From: an uncultured bacterium
Lineage (GTDB): Bacteria; Patescibacteriota; Gracilibacteria; BD1-5; UBA2023
NCBI GenBank assembly: GCA_903908595.1
Contig: CAIVSN010000144.1
Coordinates: forward strand, 1,167-65,166
DNA length: 64,000 nucleotides
Direction: 5' to 3'
Below the pieces are notes generated by a model. The model was given only the letters and a program-made list of their open reading frames with translations, was not told where the DNA came from and made no database searches. This document shows, one piece after another, positions 31,135 through 40,923 of the stretch. The stretch's first letter is position 1, and each line of letters starts with the position of its first letter. A program made the translations under genes and the position numbers.

Positions 31135-31294
31135 ACTAAAACTGGCATTCGTCCCGTTTCTCTTGCCAAAAAATAGCGGAAAAACCGGGACTTATCAAAA
31201 AATAATCGAGCAGGGCTCGGGAATATCATCCGAATTTCGAAAAAGGAAATCTCGAAATTCCCGTGATATTCGCGAACAAGACCCAGTATAATTC

Positions 31295-32482
31295 TTATTT
31301 CATATAAAACAAGTATTTATTTAGGGCAATCGGGATTTTCGTGGTATCCCAACTGTATTGCGGAATCGGATCCGACTCGAATGCGGTGCCGACAAACTCC
31401 TGGTTCGGAAATATTTTTTTTTGGAAAAAAACGTACTTCGCCTTCAGTATTTTGCTGGACTTGGCACGCTTGGCGAAGTCGTCGTTATGGAACATATAGT
31501 AGTTGAACGATTCCCCGAAATCCTCATACTTGTTGGTCATGGCATACCCGCTGACGAAGTCCGAGAGGGCCATTTTTGGTTTTTTCGTGGACGTGTCGAC
31601 CCAGGAAATCGCGTAGAACGCATCGCTTGGGTCCGATAAAACCCGGCCTTCCGTCAAATATCGGATATCCACCACGTGCCCCAGCTCGTGGGCAAGGACC
31701 TTGATGCTTTCGTATTCGGAAGCGAGCGGGGCAACCAGGCTTACCTTCTCCGTGGTCATTTGCCCCCGGGGTTCGATCCGGTCATCCACGATCTCCACCA
31801 GGATCGGGGATATCATGGATTCCAGTTTCTTGCTCGAAAGCAAGGCCCGGTAGTTGCCGACAAGCGATGGCGAAACGGTTTTTGCGGCAAAAATGTTCAT
31901 TTCGTATTTCCTGGGAGCGCTGCCAAGGGAATCGGATGAATCGGCGGGCGGAGAATCGGGAATCGCGGGCGGTTCGGGCTCGGGAGGGGCAGCTGGCTCC
32001 GGTACGGGAGTAACGGTTGGCTCCGGTTCAGAAACGACCACGGGCGGGATTTCCGTCACGGGTTCGGGAACGACGGCAGATTCTGTCGAAACGATCGGCT
32101 CGGGATCGAGCGTAACGGGCGGAGGCGGAATATCCGTCACGGGTTCGTCAACTTTTGCGGTTTCCCCGTCCGCAGGAGATTCCGAAACGGTCGGCTGGAC
32201 CGGGGTTTCCTGTTCTATCGGCTGGGGCAACGCTTCCGGATCCTTCTCGATCGCGGATTCCGCCGAAGGCGACTCTGCGGGGCTTTCGGCCGTTTCGCCC
32301 CGGGTCCGGTCGATTACGACGACCATTTTGGGAGATTCGGTATTCTTGGCTTCGCGGAACGGATTGGCTTCGTCGAAATCGGCATCCCGACTGGCAATTT
32401 CCCCGCTCGAAAGGGACATCCAGGAAAACATCAGGACGGTGAAGAAACAAAAATAGAAAGCGAAGAGCGAATATTTCTTCAT
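31295..32482 (-). CDS. Secreted putative zinc metallopeptidase (HExxH) with a Pro-rich linker
   Basis: Signal/TM MKKYSLFAFYFCFFTVLMFSWM; P/E/T-rich spacer; KVLAHELGHVVD motif. Start overlaps the stop of the upstream mini-pilin by 1 nt. Confidence 0.7.
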   Translation of the reverse strand: MKKYSLFAFYFCFFTVLMFSWMSLSSGEIASRDADFDEANPFREAKNTESPKMVVVIDRTRGETAESPAESPSAESAIEKDPEALPQPIEQETPVQPTVSESPADGETAKVDEPVTDIPPPPVTLDPEPIVSTESAVVPEPVTEIPPVVVSEPEPTVTPVPEPAAPPEPEPPAIPDSPPADSSDSLGSAPRKYEMNIFAAKTVSPSLVGNYRALLSSKKLESMISPILVEIVDDRIEPRGQMTTEKVSLVAPLASEYESIKVLAHELGHVVDIRYLTEGRVLSDPSDAFYAISWVDTSTKKPKMALSDFVSGYAMTNKYEDFGESFNYYMFHNDDFAKRAKSSKILKAKYVFFQKKIFPNQEFVGTAFESDPIPQYSWDTTKIPIALNKYLFYMK

Positions 32483-33066
32483 TACCCGCTGGTACTATAA
32501 ATCAGCTTGATGATCGCGTTCACGAGGGGAAACGACAGGAGCATCATCACGAATCCGATGATGCCGAACTTGAGGGAACCCTTGGCCTTCTTGATTCGCT
32601 CGTCGTCTCCGGCGGCTATGGTATAGAGGATGCCGGCGTACACGATAGCCCCGACCGAAAGGATGGATCCGGCGAGGATGAGCTGGTTGGCTATAGCGAT
32701 GACCTTGTCGCGGGCGCCGCCTTCGACTTTGTAGTCTCCTTCGGAAGATATCGCCTTGTCGGGTTCGCAGCCGGCAAGCATGTCCTTGACCGACATGCCT
32801 TCGAAACTGTCGACGTCCATGGGTCCGCAGGGATTCCCGGCCACGGTAGCGGCAGCTCCTCAACCTCAGCCTCCAGCTCAGGCGGAGGAGGCTCAGGCGG
32901 AGGAAGATCAGGCTCCGGCAGCATTCGAATCCGACATAGCTCATAGATTTGCAGCCTGATTGTTTGCCTCAGCGGAATTTCCATCTTCATTTGCCCATGC
33001 CGTTCCGCCAATCGAAAGTGACCATGCGAACCAGCCCAACAGCATCGCCGAAAGTATCTTTTTCAT
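32482..33066 (-). CDS. TrbC/VirB2-like (T4SS-pilin-like) small membrane protein, paralog 1, with a Gly/Ala/Ser linker
   Basis: Signal MKKILSAMLLGWFAWSLSIGGTAWA from ATG 33064-33066; G/A/S linker containing 7 TGAs. Two-TM hairpin LILAGSILSVGAIVYAGILYTIAAGDDERIKKAKGSLKFGIIGFVMMLL. Confidence 0.6.
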
Positions 33067-33070
33067 AAAT

Positions 33071-33445
33071 TTAAAAGGAAAAGCCGGAAACGATCCGGAT
33101 CGCGACGTACGCCAGCGGCGCTATCGTCAGGCCTATGACGATATACACGAAAGCGATCCAGGCCTTTTTGAATTCCTCGGGATCGCCTTTGGCCGTGAAA
33201 AGCCGGTACCCGATGAACACCATCGATCCGATCGCGATAACGACGTACGAACCGATGAGATAGGATTGGATCGTTTTGAGAAAGTTGCCCTGTATCGTGA
33301 CGTCCGTGCTTTCTTCGGCGCTGTTCGACCCTCCGCCGACAAGCAGGTCTTCTTCCAGCGAACCCGCCGCATACGCGGGCACCGTCAAAATGGCCAATGA
33401 GAAACAAAAAACCAAGAGCGACAAGACTGACAATACGTATTTCAT
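33071..33445 (-). CDS. TrbC/VirB2-like small membrane protein, paralog 2
   Basis: Signal MKYVLSVLSLLVFCFSLAILTVPAYA; two-TM hairpin separated by AKGDPEEFKKA. Confidence 0.6.
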   Translation of the reverse strand: MKYVLSVLSLLVFCFSLAILTVPAYAAGSLEEDLLVGGGSNSAEESTDVTIQGNFLKTIQSYLIGSYVVIAIGSMVFIGYRLFTAKGDPEEFKKAWIAFVYIVIGLTIAPLAYVAIRIVSGFSF

Positions 33446-33446
33446 G

Positions 33447-33818
33447 TTATGAGATTTTAAGGGCGTTGATGGCTTCGATGATGGCGTAGGCCGCCCCGCT
33501 CAGCACGACCCCGATCAGGGCGTACTGGATAATACTTTTCGCCGATTTCACCTTGCTTTCGTCGCCATAGGAGAGCATCATGAGGATTCCCGCGTAGGTC
33601 AGGGCCAGGATGGCCAGGATGCCCGAAAGCATGATGGCCTGCTTGATGATTTTGGCGATGCTGGTATCGATGCTGGCGTCCTCGAAGGGAAGACCCAACT
33701 TGTCGGGTTCGGGAAGCGAATCCGCCGCGAAAACCGCGCCGGTATGAAGCATGGCCAACGTGGCCAAAATGCCAAGCAGCATGGTTATCTTGAGGGAACG
33801 GGAAAAATTTAGGCTCAT
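33447..33818 (-). CDS. TrbC/VirB2-like small membrane protein, paralog 3
   Basis: Signal ...MLLGILATLAMLHTGAVFA; hairpin MLSGILAILALTYAGILMMLSYGDESKVKSAKSIIQYALIGVVLSGAAYAI. Confidence 0.6.
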   Translation of the reverse strand: MSLNFSRSLKITMLLGILATLAMLHTGAVFAADSLPEPDKLGLPFEDASIDTSIAKIIKQAIMLSGILAILALTYAGILMMLSYGDESKVKSAKSIIQYALIGVVLSGAAYAIIEAINALKIS

Positions 33819-34339
33819 ATGATCCAGGTTACGAATTGTATTATCCCATACGCGAGCAGGGCGACGAAGATCGCGATGATATTGTAGGTGATGATGATTT
33901 TGCCCTTGTTGGCCTTCTCGCTGTCCCCCCCGCTGGTTGCCATGTAGAATCCGCCGATGACGATGGAGAGGACCGCGCCGGTACTCACGATGATCAGGAG
34001 GATTCTCGCGACGCGTTGGAGGAAGGGCTTGATGTTGCCGGTACCGGCCGCATACGGATCGGTCTGGGATTTCGAGGACGGGGAAATGGAATTCGGATCG
34101 AATTTGAATTTCGTGTCCATCAGGGGGGATTTGGCGGCGGTACTTGCTCAGGCTCAGGCTCCGGCTCCGGCTCAGGCTCAGGCTCAGGCTCCGGCTCCGG
34201 CTCCGGCGGCATCCAAGGCATCCCCGGGACCTCCTATTCCATCGTCATAGGTATCCGCATACCCCACCGAAGCCACCGAAACAAACGTGCCCATTCCGAC
34301 GCAAACAGCCATCACGATTCTCAATAGGTTCTTGCTCAT
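33809..34339 (-). CDS. TrbC/VirB2-like small membrane protein, paralog 4, with a (Gly-Ala)n linker
   Basis: MSKNLLRIVMAVCVGMGTFVSVASVGYA signal from ATG 34337-34339. (GA)10 linker with 5 Gly spelled TGA. The ORF-track stop at 33815 is TGA, so the CDS runs 2 codons further to TAA 33809-33811. Confidence 0.6.
34146..34205 (-). repeat. Hexanucleotide microsatellite GCTCAG/GCTCCG x10, encoding (Gly-Ala)10
   Basis: Read directly. Five units give TGA-GCC and five give GGA-GCC on the coding strand. Confidence 0.9.
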
Positions 34340-34449
34340 GCGGCGGATTCTACCCCATACCGGAAAAAACTCAAAAATATTGCATTCGAATTTCCTTGGA
34401 TATACTTTCTGTACCCAATAGGAATTGGTCACTTACCGCTTCTCCCCCC

Positions 34450-34812
34450 ATGCGCATATTCCTTTCGATTTTCTTCAACGGCCTCATCCTCTACGGGCTG
34501 AGCTTTTTCCTTCCGGAAATCACCGCGACCGGGGATCTCAAGCTCTACTTCATCGGCGGCGTCATACTCGGGCTTCTCAACACGTTCGTCAAGCCGATCC
34601 TCGGCGTGCTCGGATTTCCGTTCGTCATCCTCACGCTCGGGCTGTTCAGCCTGGTCATCAACGGCGTGATCCTCGCGCTGCTGCAAAAAATTATCGAGGT
34701 CCTGAGCATCGACGGGGTGAGCTACGATTTCGGCGGGTGGCTCAACTTTGCAATTGCGGTTGTTATTTTCAGTATCTTCAATACACTTTACGGCACTTTT
34801 TTCAAACGATAA
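34450..34812 (+). CDS. Phage holin family 4 / YvlD-like four-TM membrane protein
   Basis: GGVILGLLNTFVKPILGVLGFPFVILTLGLFSLVINGVILALL matches the holin-4 (YvlD) core from memory. ATG 34450. Confidence 0.65.
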   Translation: MRIFLSIFFNGLILYGLSFFLPEITATGDLKLYFIGGVILGLLNTFVKPILGVLGFPFVILTLGLFSLVINGVILALLQKIIEVLSIDGVSYDFGGWLNFAIAVVIFSIFNTLYGTFFKR

Positions 34813-34813
34813 T

Positions 34814-35035
34814 ATGACCACCGTACTTACCTACCTTCTCGTCGCCATCAGCGCGATACTCTGCTTCCTCATCGTGCTCCAATCCAAGGGAACCGGTCTT
34901 TCGCTCGCTCCGGGATCCGGGGATTTCGGGAAATTCGAAAAACGCGGGCCGGAAAAAATACTTCACATCATCACGACGGGTTTCGTCGTGGCGTTCGTGG
35001 TTTGCGCTACGCTCATCTTCTTCTTGGCCGCCTAA
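34814..35035 (+). CDS. secG: Preprotein translocase subunit SecG
   Basis: 73 aa, two TM helices, LIVLQSKGTGLS motif typical of SecG. Confidence 0.7.
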   Translation: MTTVLTYLLVAISAILCFLIVLQSKGTGLSLAPGSGDFGKFEKRGPEKILHIITTGFVVAFVVCATLIFFLAA

Positions 35036-35062
35036 CCCCAGGCGCTCGCGCCAAAAAATCCC

Positions 35063-37558
35063 ATGGACCACTTCCACCAGATTAAAAAATACCTGTTTTT
35101 GCTTGCCTTCGTCATTTCCACGACCCTGGGAATCCACGTGGCCATAGTATATCTGTATGACGAAGCGGAAACGGTGGCGGAACGCGGCGGAACTTTTAGC
35201 ATCGGAGCCATCGGGATGTCCCCGAGCCTGAATCCGACCCAGTACACGCTCGATACGCTCAACGATTTCGTCCTGAGGTTCCTGTATCGCGGCCTGCTTC
35301 GGTACAATCCGGAAACCAAAGTCATGGAGTGAGACCTCGCGAATTGCGACATTACCAAAAGCCTCGGGGAAATCCGGTGTTTTTTCAAGTCCGGTTCGGC
35401 ATGGAGCGACGGAACCAAGGTAACGATCGAAGACGCGCTCGCCACGTATTCCCTCTTGGCGGAAACCGATACCAACAAAAAACTCCAGTCCGCCCTCTCC
35501 AAGTTCTCGATTACCCGGGAAGGGACGGTTTTGGTATTCCGATCGACCAATTCTTCCATCGAAACGCTCCAGTTGCTCACGATTCCGATCATCAAGAAAT
35601 CCGTTTCCGAACGGATCCGGAACGAAGGAAAATTCCAAGAAGAAGCCTACGGATGACCGTACAAGCTCGACAAGCGGGAAAACGACGCCGTTCGGATGAG
35701 TGACAATATCACGCTCTTGTCTAACGAAAGCCAGCCGAGAAACGACAGCTATTCCCGGATCGTTCTGAAAGTTTTCGGCGAACCGAATTCGCTTGCGGCC
35801 CAAAAGGACGGCCTCAATCTCGTGTTCCCCGGATACTATGGTACCCTGGACATGGGACAGCGGTTCGCGAAGAACCAAATACTGACCCCGGATTTCGTCG
35901 GGGCTTTCCTGAACAGCGAACGGATCAATCCCGAACGGAGGAAGGTACTCTCGGGAATCATCAGCCGGATTGTCGAAAATACCGAAAAGAAACTCAAGCC
36001 GATAAAAAATCCGTTTTTTACGGACAGTTCGATCGTGGCCCCTTTGGGAGAAGACGTGGACGCCGAACTTCGGAAGGTCGGGTATTTTCGCAAAAAGGAC
36101 TTGCCGAAAAACGAAAAAAACGGTACGCAATCGGGAACGCTGAGCAAACCGGCCACTTCGGTGCCCGTAGCGGAAACTCCCGTTGCCGCGATACCGCCGC
36201 CCGTCGTGCCGCCGCCCGTCGTGCCACCGCCCGTGACAGCTCCCGCAGAAACCGTGCCCCCCGCAGTAACCGTCTCCCCCGCGCCGAAACCCGTTGCCAA
36301 GCCAACGGCGAAAGACCTCTCGTACTTTACGGCACCAAGCCGGAAACCGGTCGTTTCGCTCCCGTTCAAAACGGAAATTCTGATCGGGGGAAACGTTCCG
36401 AAAGGCGTGACCGCGGTCTATATCAACAATTACCAGCTCAAAGGGTACGCCGCGGGCGAAACCCGTTTCACTTACCGGGCCAGAACCGATCTGGGGAACC
36501 TGAAAAAATGAACGAACACCTACCGGCTCTCATTCGAAAAGAACGGGGTGAAGGTGGTCCAGGAATCCATCGTGATCCATAATGGCGACGGCTTCGTCAT
36601 TGAGGTTCCGGAAGAAACGACCGAAACGGCGATTATCCCGAAACCCGCCGAAACCGATGTGATACCCTCCGTTTCGAGCGGCAGTTCCGTGTCGAGCGGC
36701 AGCTCCAGTGAGAAGGCTGCGAGCGGCGGCCTGCAAACCGGTGCGATTTTCACTCCGGAAACGGCTACGTGAGGCGGGGTTTCGAACTCCGGTAGCATCG
36801 GAGCGACGGATTTGGCTATCGCGACGGGAACCACCGTCGCCACCGGAAGCACGGGAAGCGGAATAGTGAAAGCCGCTACCGGTAGCGCGACCGGCATTTC
36901 CATAGACATACCGCAAGTTGCCCCTGCCACAGAAGACAAAAAACTCTACTTCAAAAACGGAACCCCGGTCAAACTCACCGTGAGAATCCTGAGCCCGAAA
37001 ACCGAAATATCCGACATTTCCGCGGAAATCGTATCCGGCTTGGAAAAAATCGGATTCGCCATCCAGTTCGAAGAAGTGGAAAGTTCGACCTCGTCGCTCG
37101 TCGAATCCAAGAATTACGAGACGAAGAACTATGATATTTTCATCACCTGAGTAAATCTCGGGTACATGGGCACTTACGTCATGCCGTATTTCCATTCCGG
37201 ACAGGTTCAGAACGGGTTCAATTTTTCCCTCATCCGGAACCCGGGGCTCGATATCCTCCTCGAAGAGCTCAAGAACAAGGATCTGACGATCGAAGGCCGT
37301 ACGCGCGAATTCGAAAAGATCAACGATATCCTCAAAAAGGAATCCGTGCTGGTTCCGATCGGTACTTCCCCGATAACTTCGTTCATCGACAAGAATATCC
37401 AGGATTTCAAAATTCCGTGATTCCTCCCTTCCGCGGTATTCATCGACAACGCCATTCTCGGATCCTACATCAACAAGAGCTACATCGTAAAATTCGAAAA
37501 GAAAACCTTCGACGGATTTGTCGCTTGGTGTGCCGAACATCTCTTCTCTTCCCCGTAA
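35063..37558 (+). CDS. Family-5 extracellular solute-binding protein homolog (peptide/nickel SBP fold) with a large Pro/Ser-rich insertion (831 aa)
   Basis: Six standard-code ORFs (35063, 35456, 35696, 36548, 36812, 37166) share one frame. They join through TGAs 35330, 35654, 36509, 36770, 37148 and 37418. LRFLYRGLLRYNPETKVME[G]DLA and NYDIFIT[G]VNLGYMGTYVMPYFHS are SBP_bac_5-like. Stop TAA 37556-37558. Confidence 0.7.
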
Positions 37559-37559
37559 C

Positions 37560-38546
37560 ATGAGAGAAGAGATAGTGATTCCCGCATGGGAAGTAGCGAG
37601 CAAAAACACGGAAATCAAGATTTTCAATTTTTTTCCTTCGCTGCTTTCGACGGTATACTTGTCGCTCATCCTCCTGTATCAGGTTTCTTGGACCTACATC
37701 AACGTGTTCAGTCTCAACGACCAGTTCTTTACCATCGTTATCAACTTCGTCCATCAGAGCTATTTCACGGAGGTCATCGTGGGATTCGTCGTATTTTTCC
37801 TCGCGTATATCCTGATTACCCCGATATCCCAAGGCGGGATTATCGCCCTGATCGACGCGGAATGCCAGGGAAAATCCGATTCGCAGAAGACCATCAATTT
37901 CGGGCTCGGAAGGGGATTCAAGTATTTCCTGCCGGTATTCGAGGCCAACAACATCACCGCGCTGTTCAAGCTCCTCTCCATTCTGACGTTCACGATATTT
38001 TTACTCCGGTTGTTCGGAGTGGCGTACATCGCGTATATTTTTGGCGCGATGGGAATGTACTTCCTCCTGGCGATGCTGTTGAATATATTTTTGGCGTATA
38101 CGCATTTTTTCATCGTGCTCGAACGCATGAGCGCATTCGACGCCATAGTCGCCTCTTCCACGATGGCCCTGGAAAACCTCGGGATAACCTTCAAGCTCTA
38201 CGTGACCCTCATCCTGGTGTACGTTCGGACGGTGCTTACGGTATTGGTGTTCATCCTGCTTCCGTTCGCCGTTTCGGCCATTTTTACGTATATCACGATC
38301 GCGGGCGTAAAATTGATTTTTTTCGGCCTCGTGGCCTTGTTGATCCTGGCATTCCTGATTTTCGTAAGCCACCTCAACAGCGTGCTGGAAATCTTCGTGG
38401 AGACCCTGTGGTACCGGGCCTACGTCGACAACAAGGGAAAAATGGAAACCGACGGGCCGAAACACGGATCGGACCATACGGAAAAATCGCACGGCGGGCA
38501 CGATAGCGGGCACGGGCACGAAAGCGGGCACGGAGAACACCATTAA
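37560..38546 (+). CDS. Polytopic membrane protein with a His-rich C-terminal tail
   Basis: At least 6 hydrophobic helices. Tail HGSDHTEKSHGGHDSGHGHESGHGEHH. ATG 37560 lies 1 nt after the SBP stop. Confidence 0.7.
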   Translation: MREEIVIPAWEVASKNTEIKIFNFFPSLLSTVYLSLILLYQVSWTYINVFSLNDQFFTIVINFVHQSYFTEVIVGFVVFFLAYILITPISQGGIIALIDAECQGKSDSQKTINFGLGRGFKYFLPVFEANNITALFKLLSILTFTIFLLRLFGVAYIAYIFGAMGMYFLLAMLLNIFLAYTHFFIVLERMSAFDAIVASSTMALENLGITFKLYVTLILVYVRTVLTVLVFILLPFAVSAIFTYITIAGVKLIFFGLVALLILAFLIFVSHLNSVLEIFVETLWYRAYVDNKGKMETDGPKHGSDHTEKSHGGHDSGHGHESGHGEHH

Positions 38547-38566
38547 ATTTTTTTCTCAATCGGATT

Positions 38567-38878
38567 ATGGAACATACCATTCTCGTAGTCGGAACCTGGG
38601 TTTTCTGAATCCTCGGGCTCTTTGGCGGAATGCCCGCGATGATGTCGCCGATGATGCTGGACAATCCCGACTCGGCAAATAATAAGCGCCTCGTGATGAC
38701 CATGTACGCCGTCATGACTTTCCCGATCGTTTGCCTCATATCCCTGCCGCTCGCGTGGTACGTATACGGGAATTTCAGCGAAACGTACGGATGCCTGCTG
38801 GTTTTTGTGCCACTCGTGAACATCGGGATGCTTCTCGTATTCCTCTTGACGAACGGAAATGGCAAGGAGAACGGATAG
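38567..38878 (+). CDS. Small membrane protein (103 aa)
   Basis: MEHTILVVGTWVF[TGA]ILGLFGG... joins to ORF 38630-38878. Three hydrophobic segments. Stop TAG. Confidence 0.55.
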
Positions 38879-39010
38879 GACGATATCGAAATCGCCTCTG
38901 ATCCGATTTGCCGAATCGGGTTCGTGGGGCAAACAAGGCTCCGGAAGGAGAACCATGGAAACAAAGTGACTCGAAACGGGTATCGTGGAGGCATGAAATC
39001 CTTCGATATT

Positions 39011-39039
39011 TTCATTTGCTTTCCAGATTCGAATATACT
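39011..39039 (+). promoter_or_regulatory. Putative promoter of paralog A
   Basis: TTCATT - 17 nt - TATACT followed by AACTGTC. The same arrangement is duplicated at 39539-39567. Confidence 0.4.
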
Positions 39040-39093
39040 AAACTGTCTTCGTCCGATACGTCGGAATCCTTTTTATTTCTTTATTTCATACAT

Positions 39094-39507
39094 ATGGGAC
39101 TCGCAGAAAAAAGAGTGGTGAAACAATTCCAAGACGAAAACCTTCCAAAAATCCAAGAAGAGATGAAAACGCTCTCCGGCGTCGAAATCCCGTTCGAGGT
39201 AGAATGGGAATCGCTTCCCGACGATGGGAGCGCCAGCTATTTGATGGAGGGGCTCAATTACGTGTACTTTCTCCCGGTCCTCGAGGCGTTCCGATCCGTT
39301 TGTGCCGATGAAATGGGCAGGGAATCCATTGCGGCAAACCTGAAGAAAATCGTCATACGGAATCATGAGCCCGAACCGAACTACTTTGAAGCCATTACTT
39401 TCGTGGACGGGGTTCTCCTGATCGATCAGCGGCTCTCCAACATCGAAGAGAACTACATGAAAGAACGGGCAAAAAAAGTATTGGAAGCACTGGAAGCCGG
39501 ATTGTAG
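39094..39507 (+). CDS. Hypothetical protein, tandem paralog A (137 aa)
   Basis: MGLAEKRVVKQFQDENLPKIQEEMKTLSGVEIPFEVEWESL... By eye ~80% identical to 39623-40039. Confidence 0.7.
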   Translation: MGLAEKRVVKQFQDENLPKIQEEMKTLSGVEIPFEVEWESLPDDGSASYLMEGLNYVYFLPVLEAFRSVCADEMGRESIAANLKKIVIRNHEPEPNYFEAITFVDGVLLIDQRLSNIEENYMKERAKKVLEALEAGL

Positions 39508-39538
39508 AAACCCGGGGACTCCAAATCTCCCGATTTCT

Positions 39539-39567
39539 TTCATTTGCCTTACGTCTTAATATATACT
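39539..39567 (+). promoter_or_regulatory. Putative promoter of paralog B
   Basis: TTCATT - 17 nt - TATACT followed by AGACTGTC. Confidence 0.4.
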
Positions 39568-39622
39568 AGACTGTCAACGACCGAAACGTCAGAAAACTAT
39601 CTTATATCTTCACATTTTTCCT

Positions 39623-40039
39623 ATGGGACTCGCAGAAAAAAGAGTAATGAAGCAATTCCAAGATGAGCAGCTTACAAAAATGCAAGCAGAGATGAAGGAA
39701 CTTGCCGGGGTTGAAATACCGTTTGAAGTAGAGTGGGAATCGCTTCCCCGCGAAAATAGCGCCAGCTTTCTGATGGACGGGCTCAACTACGTGTTTTTCC
39801 TTCCGGTTCTGGAAGCGTTCCGATCTGTCTGCGCCGACGAAATGGGCAAGGAAGCCATCGCCGCGAACTTGAAAAAAATCGTCATACGGAACTCCGAAGC
39901 AAAAGAGGGAAGCCCTCAGCCGGAAATCTCGTTCCTGGACGGGGTCCTCCTTATCGATCAGCGGCTCTCCAATAGCGACGAGAACTATATGAAGGAACGC
40001 ACGAAGGTGGTCATTCGTGCATTGGAAGCCGGTTTGTAA
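39623..40039 (+). CDS. Hypothetical protein, tandem paralog B (138 aa)
   Basis: MGLAEKRVMKQFQDEQLTKMQAEMKELAGVEIPFEVEWESL...ALEAGL*. Confidence 0.7.
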   Translation: MGLAEKRVMKQFQDEQLTKMQAEMKELAGVEIPFEVEWESLPRENSASFLMDGLNYVFFLPVLEAFRSVCADEMGKEAIAANLKKIVIRNSEAKEGSPQPEISFLDGVLLIDQRLSNSDENYMKERTKVVIRALEAGL

Positions 40040-40092
40040 CAATCATGCGGGAACGTCCGTTCGATTCTTTCGTTTCTTTAATCCCATAGCCT

Positions 40093-40794
40093 ATGCGCTT
40101 CGCACCCGACACGTTCGACGTCGACAAAATCGGCTTCGTCCTCTATCGTTGCATGGACAAGATCCGAACGAATCCCAATGGCGTTCCCATGAGCTTCGGG
40201 TTGTCCAACGGTTCCGAAAAAACCGGTTGCCTGATTGGGTTGGAAAACGATACCGTCTGCATCCAGGAATACGCCAGGATGGGCGAAAACGGGTTCTCCG
40301 AAAACGATAGGATAGCGTTTTTTTCCATCGAGAGCATCGTCACGTTCCAAATCCACAACGCCTCGGTGCCCGAAATTTTCGGGATATTCTGAAAAAACCG
40401 GAAAACGGGAACCTTCGTTTCCAAGCTCGCGACCCGCCGGGATTTCGCGAAAATGCTGGCCGGGGTGACGGGATCGGAAAATATCACGGTGGAAATCCTC
40501 TGGGATACCTTCGATATCGACGACGCCGAAATCGCCGTGCGGTTCGTGGAATTTTTGGCGGCAGCGGAAGCGGCAATCCGAAGCGTGTGTTCCGACGATA
40601 TGGGAAAACGGGCCTGGGCCGACAAGGTCCGCCGACTATCGCTGGAAGGAGCCGAAAGGACGGGCGTGGAGTGGCAACAAACGGAAGATTCGAGCGTGCT
40701 CGCTTTCTCGTTTTGCCATTCGCGAATCCGGGAGAAGGCGAATTTCGACGATGTCACGAAAGCGTTGGAACAAGGGTTGAACCGGGCGTTGTAA
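40093..40794 (+). CDS. Hypothetical protein whose C-terminal half is a distant third paralog of the 39094/39623 genes (233 aa)
   Basis: ORFs 40093-40392 and 40453-40794 joined through TGA 40390-40392. AIRSVCSDDMGKRAWADKVRRLSL..ALEQGL parallels AFRSVCADEMGKEAIAANLKKIVI..ALEAGL. Confidence 0.6.
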
Positions 40795-40923
40795 CCGAAT
40801 TCTGATTGTCAACTTGCAAAAATAAGAATTTTGAATATCTTCCCATTCATGAAGCATTACCGATTCGAATCCAGGTATTTTTAATTAAAGGGGTCTCACC
40901 GACCTCTTTTTTCTTGCCCCATC

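Noticed and set aside
38543-38956. Minus-strand 137-aa His-rich ORF.
   Set aside because: It is the mirror of the plus-strand small membrane protein (38567-38878) and of the His-rich tail codons of 37560-38546. It has no start context or family.
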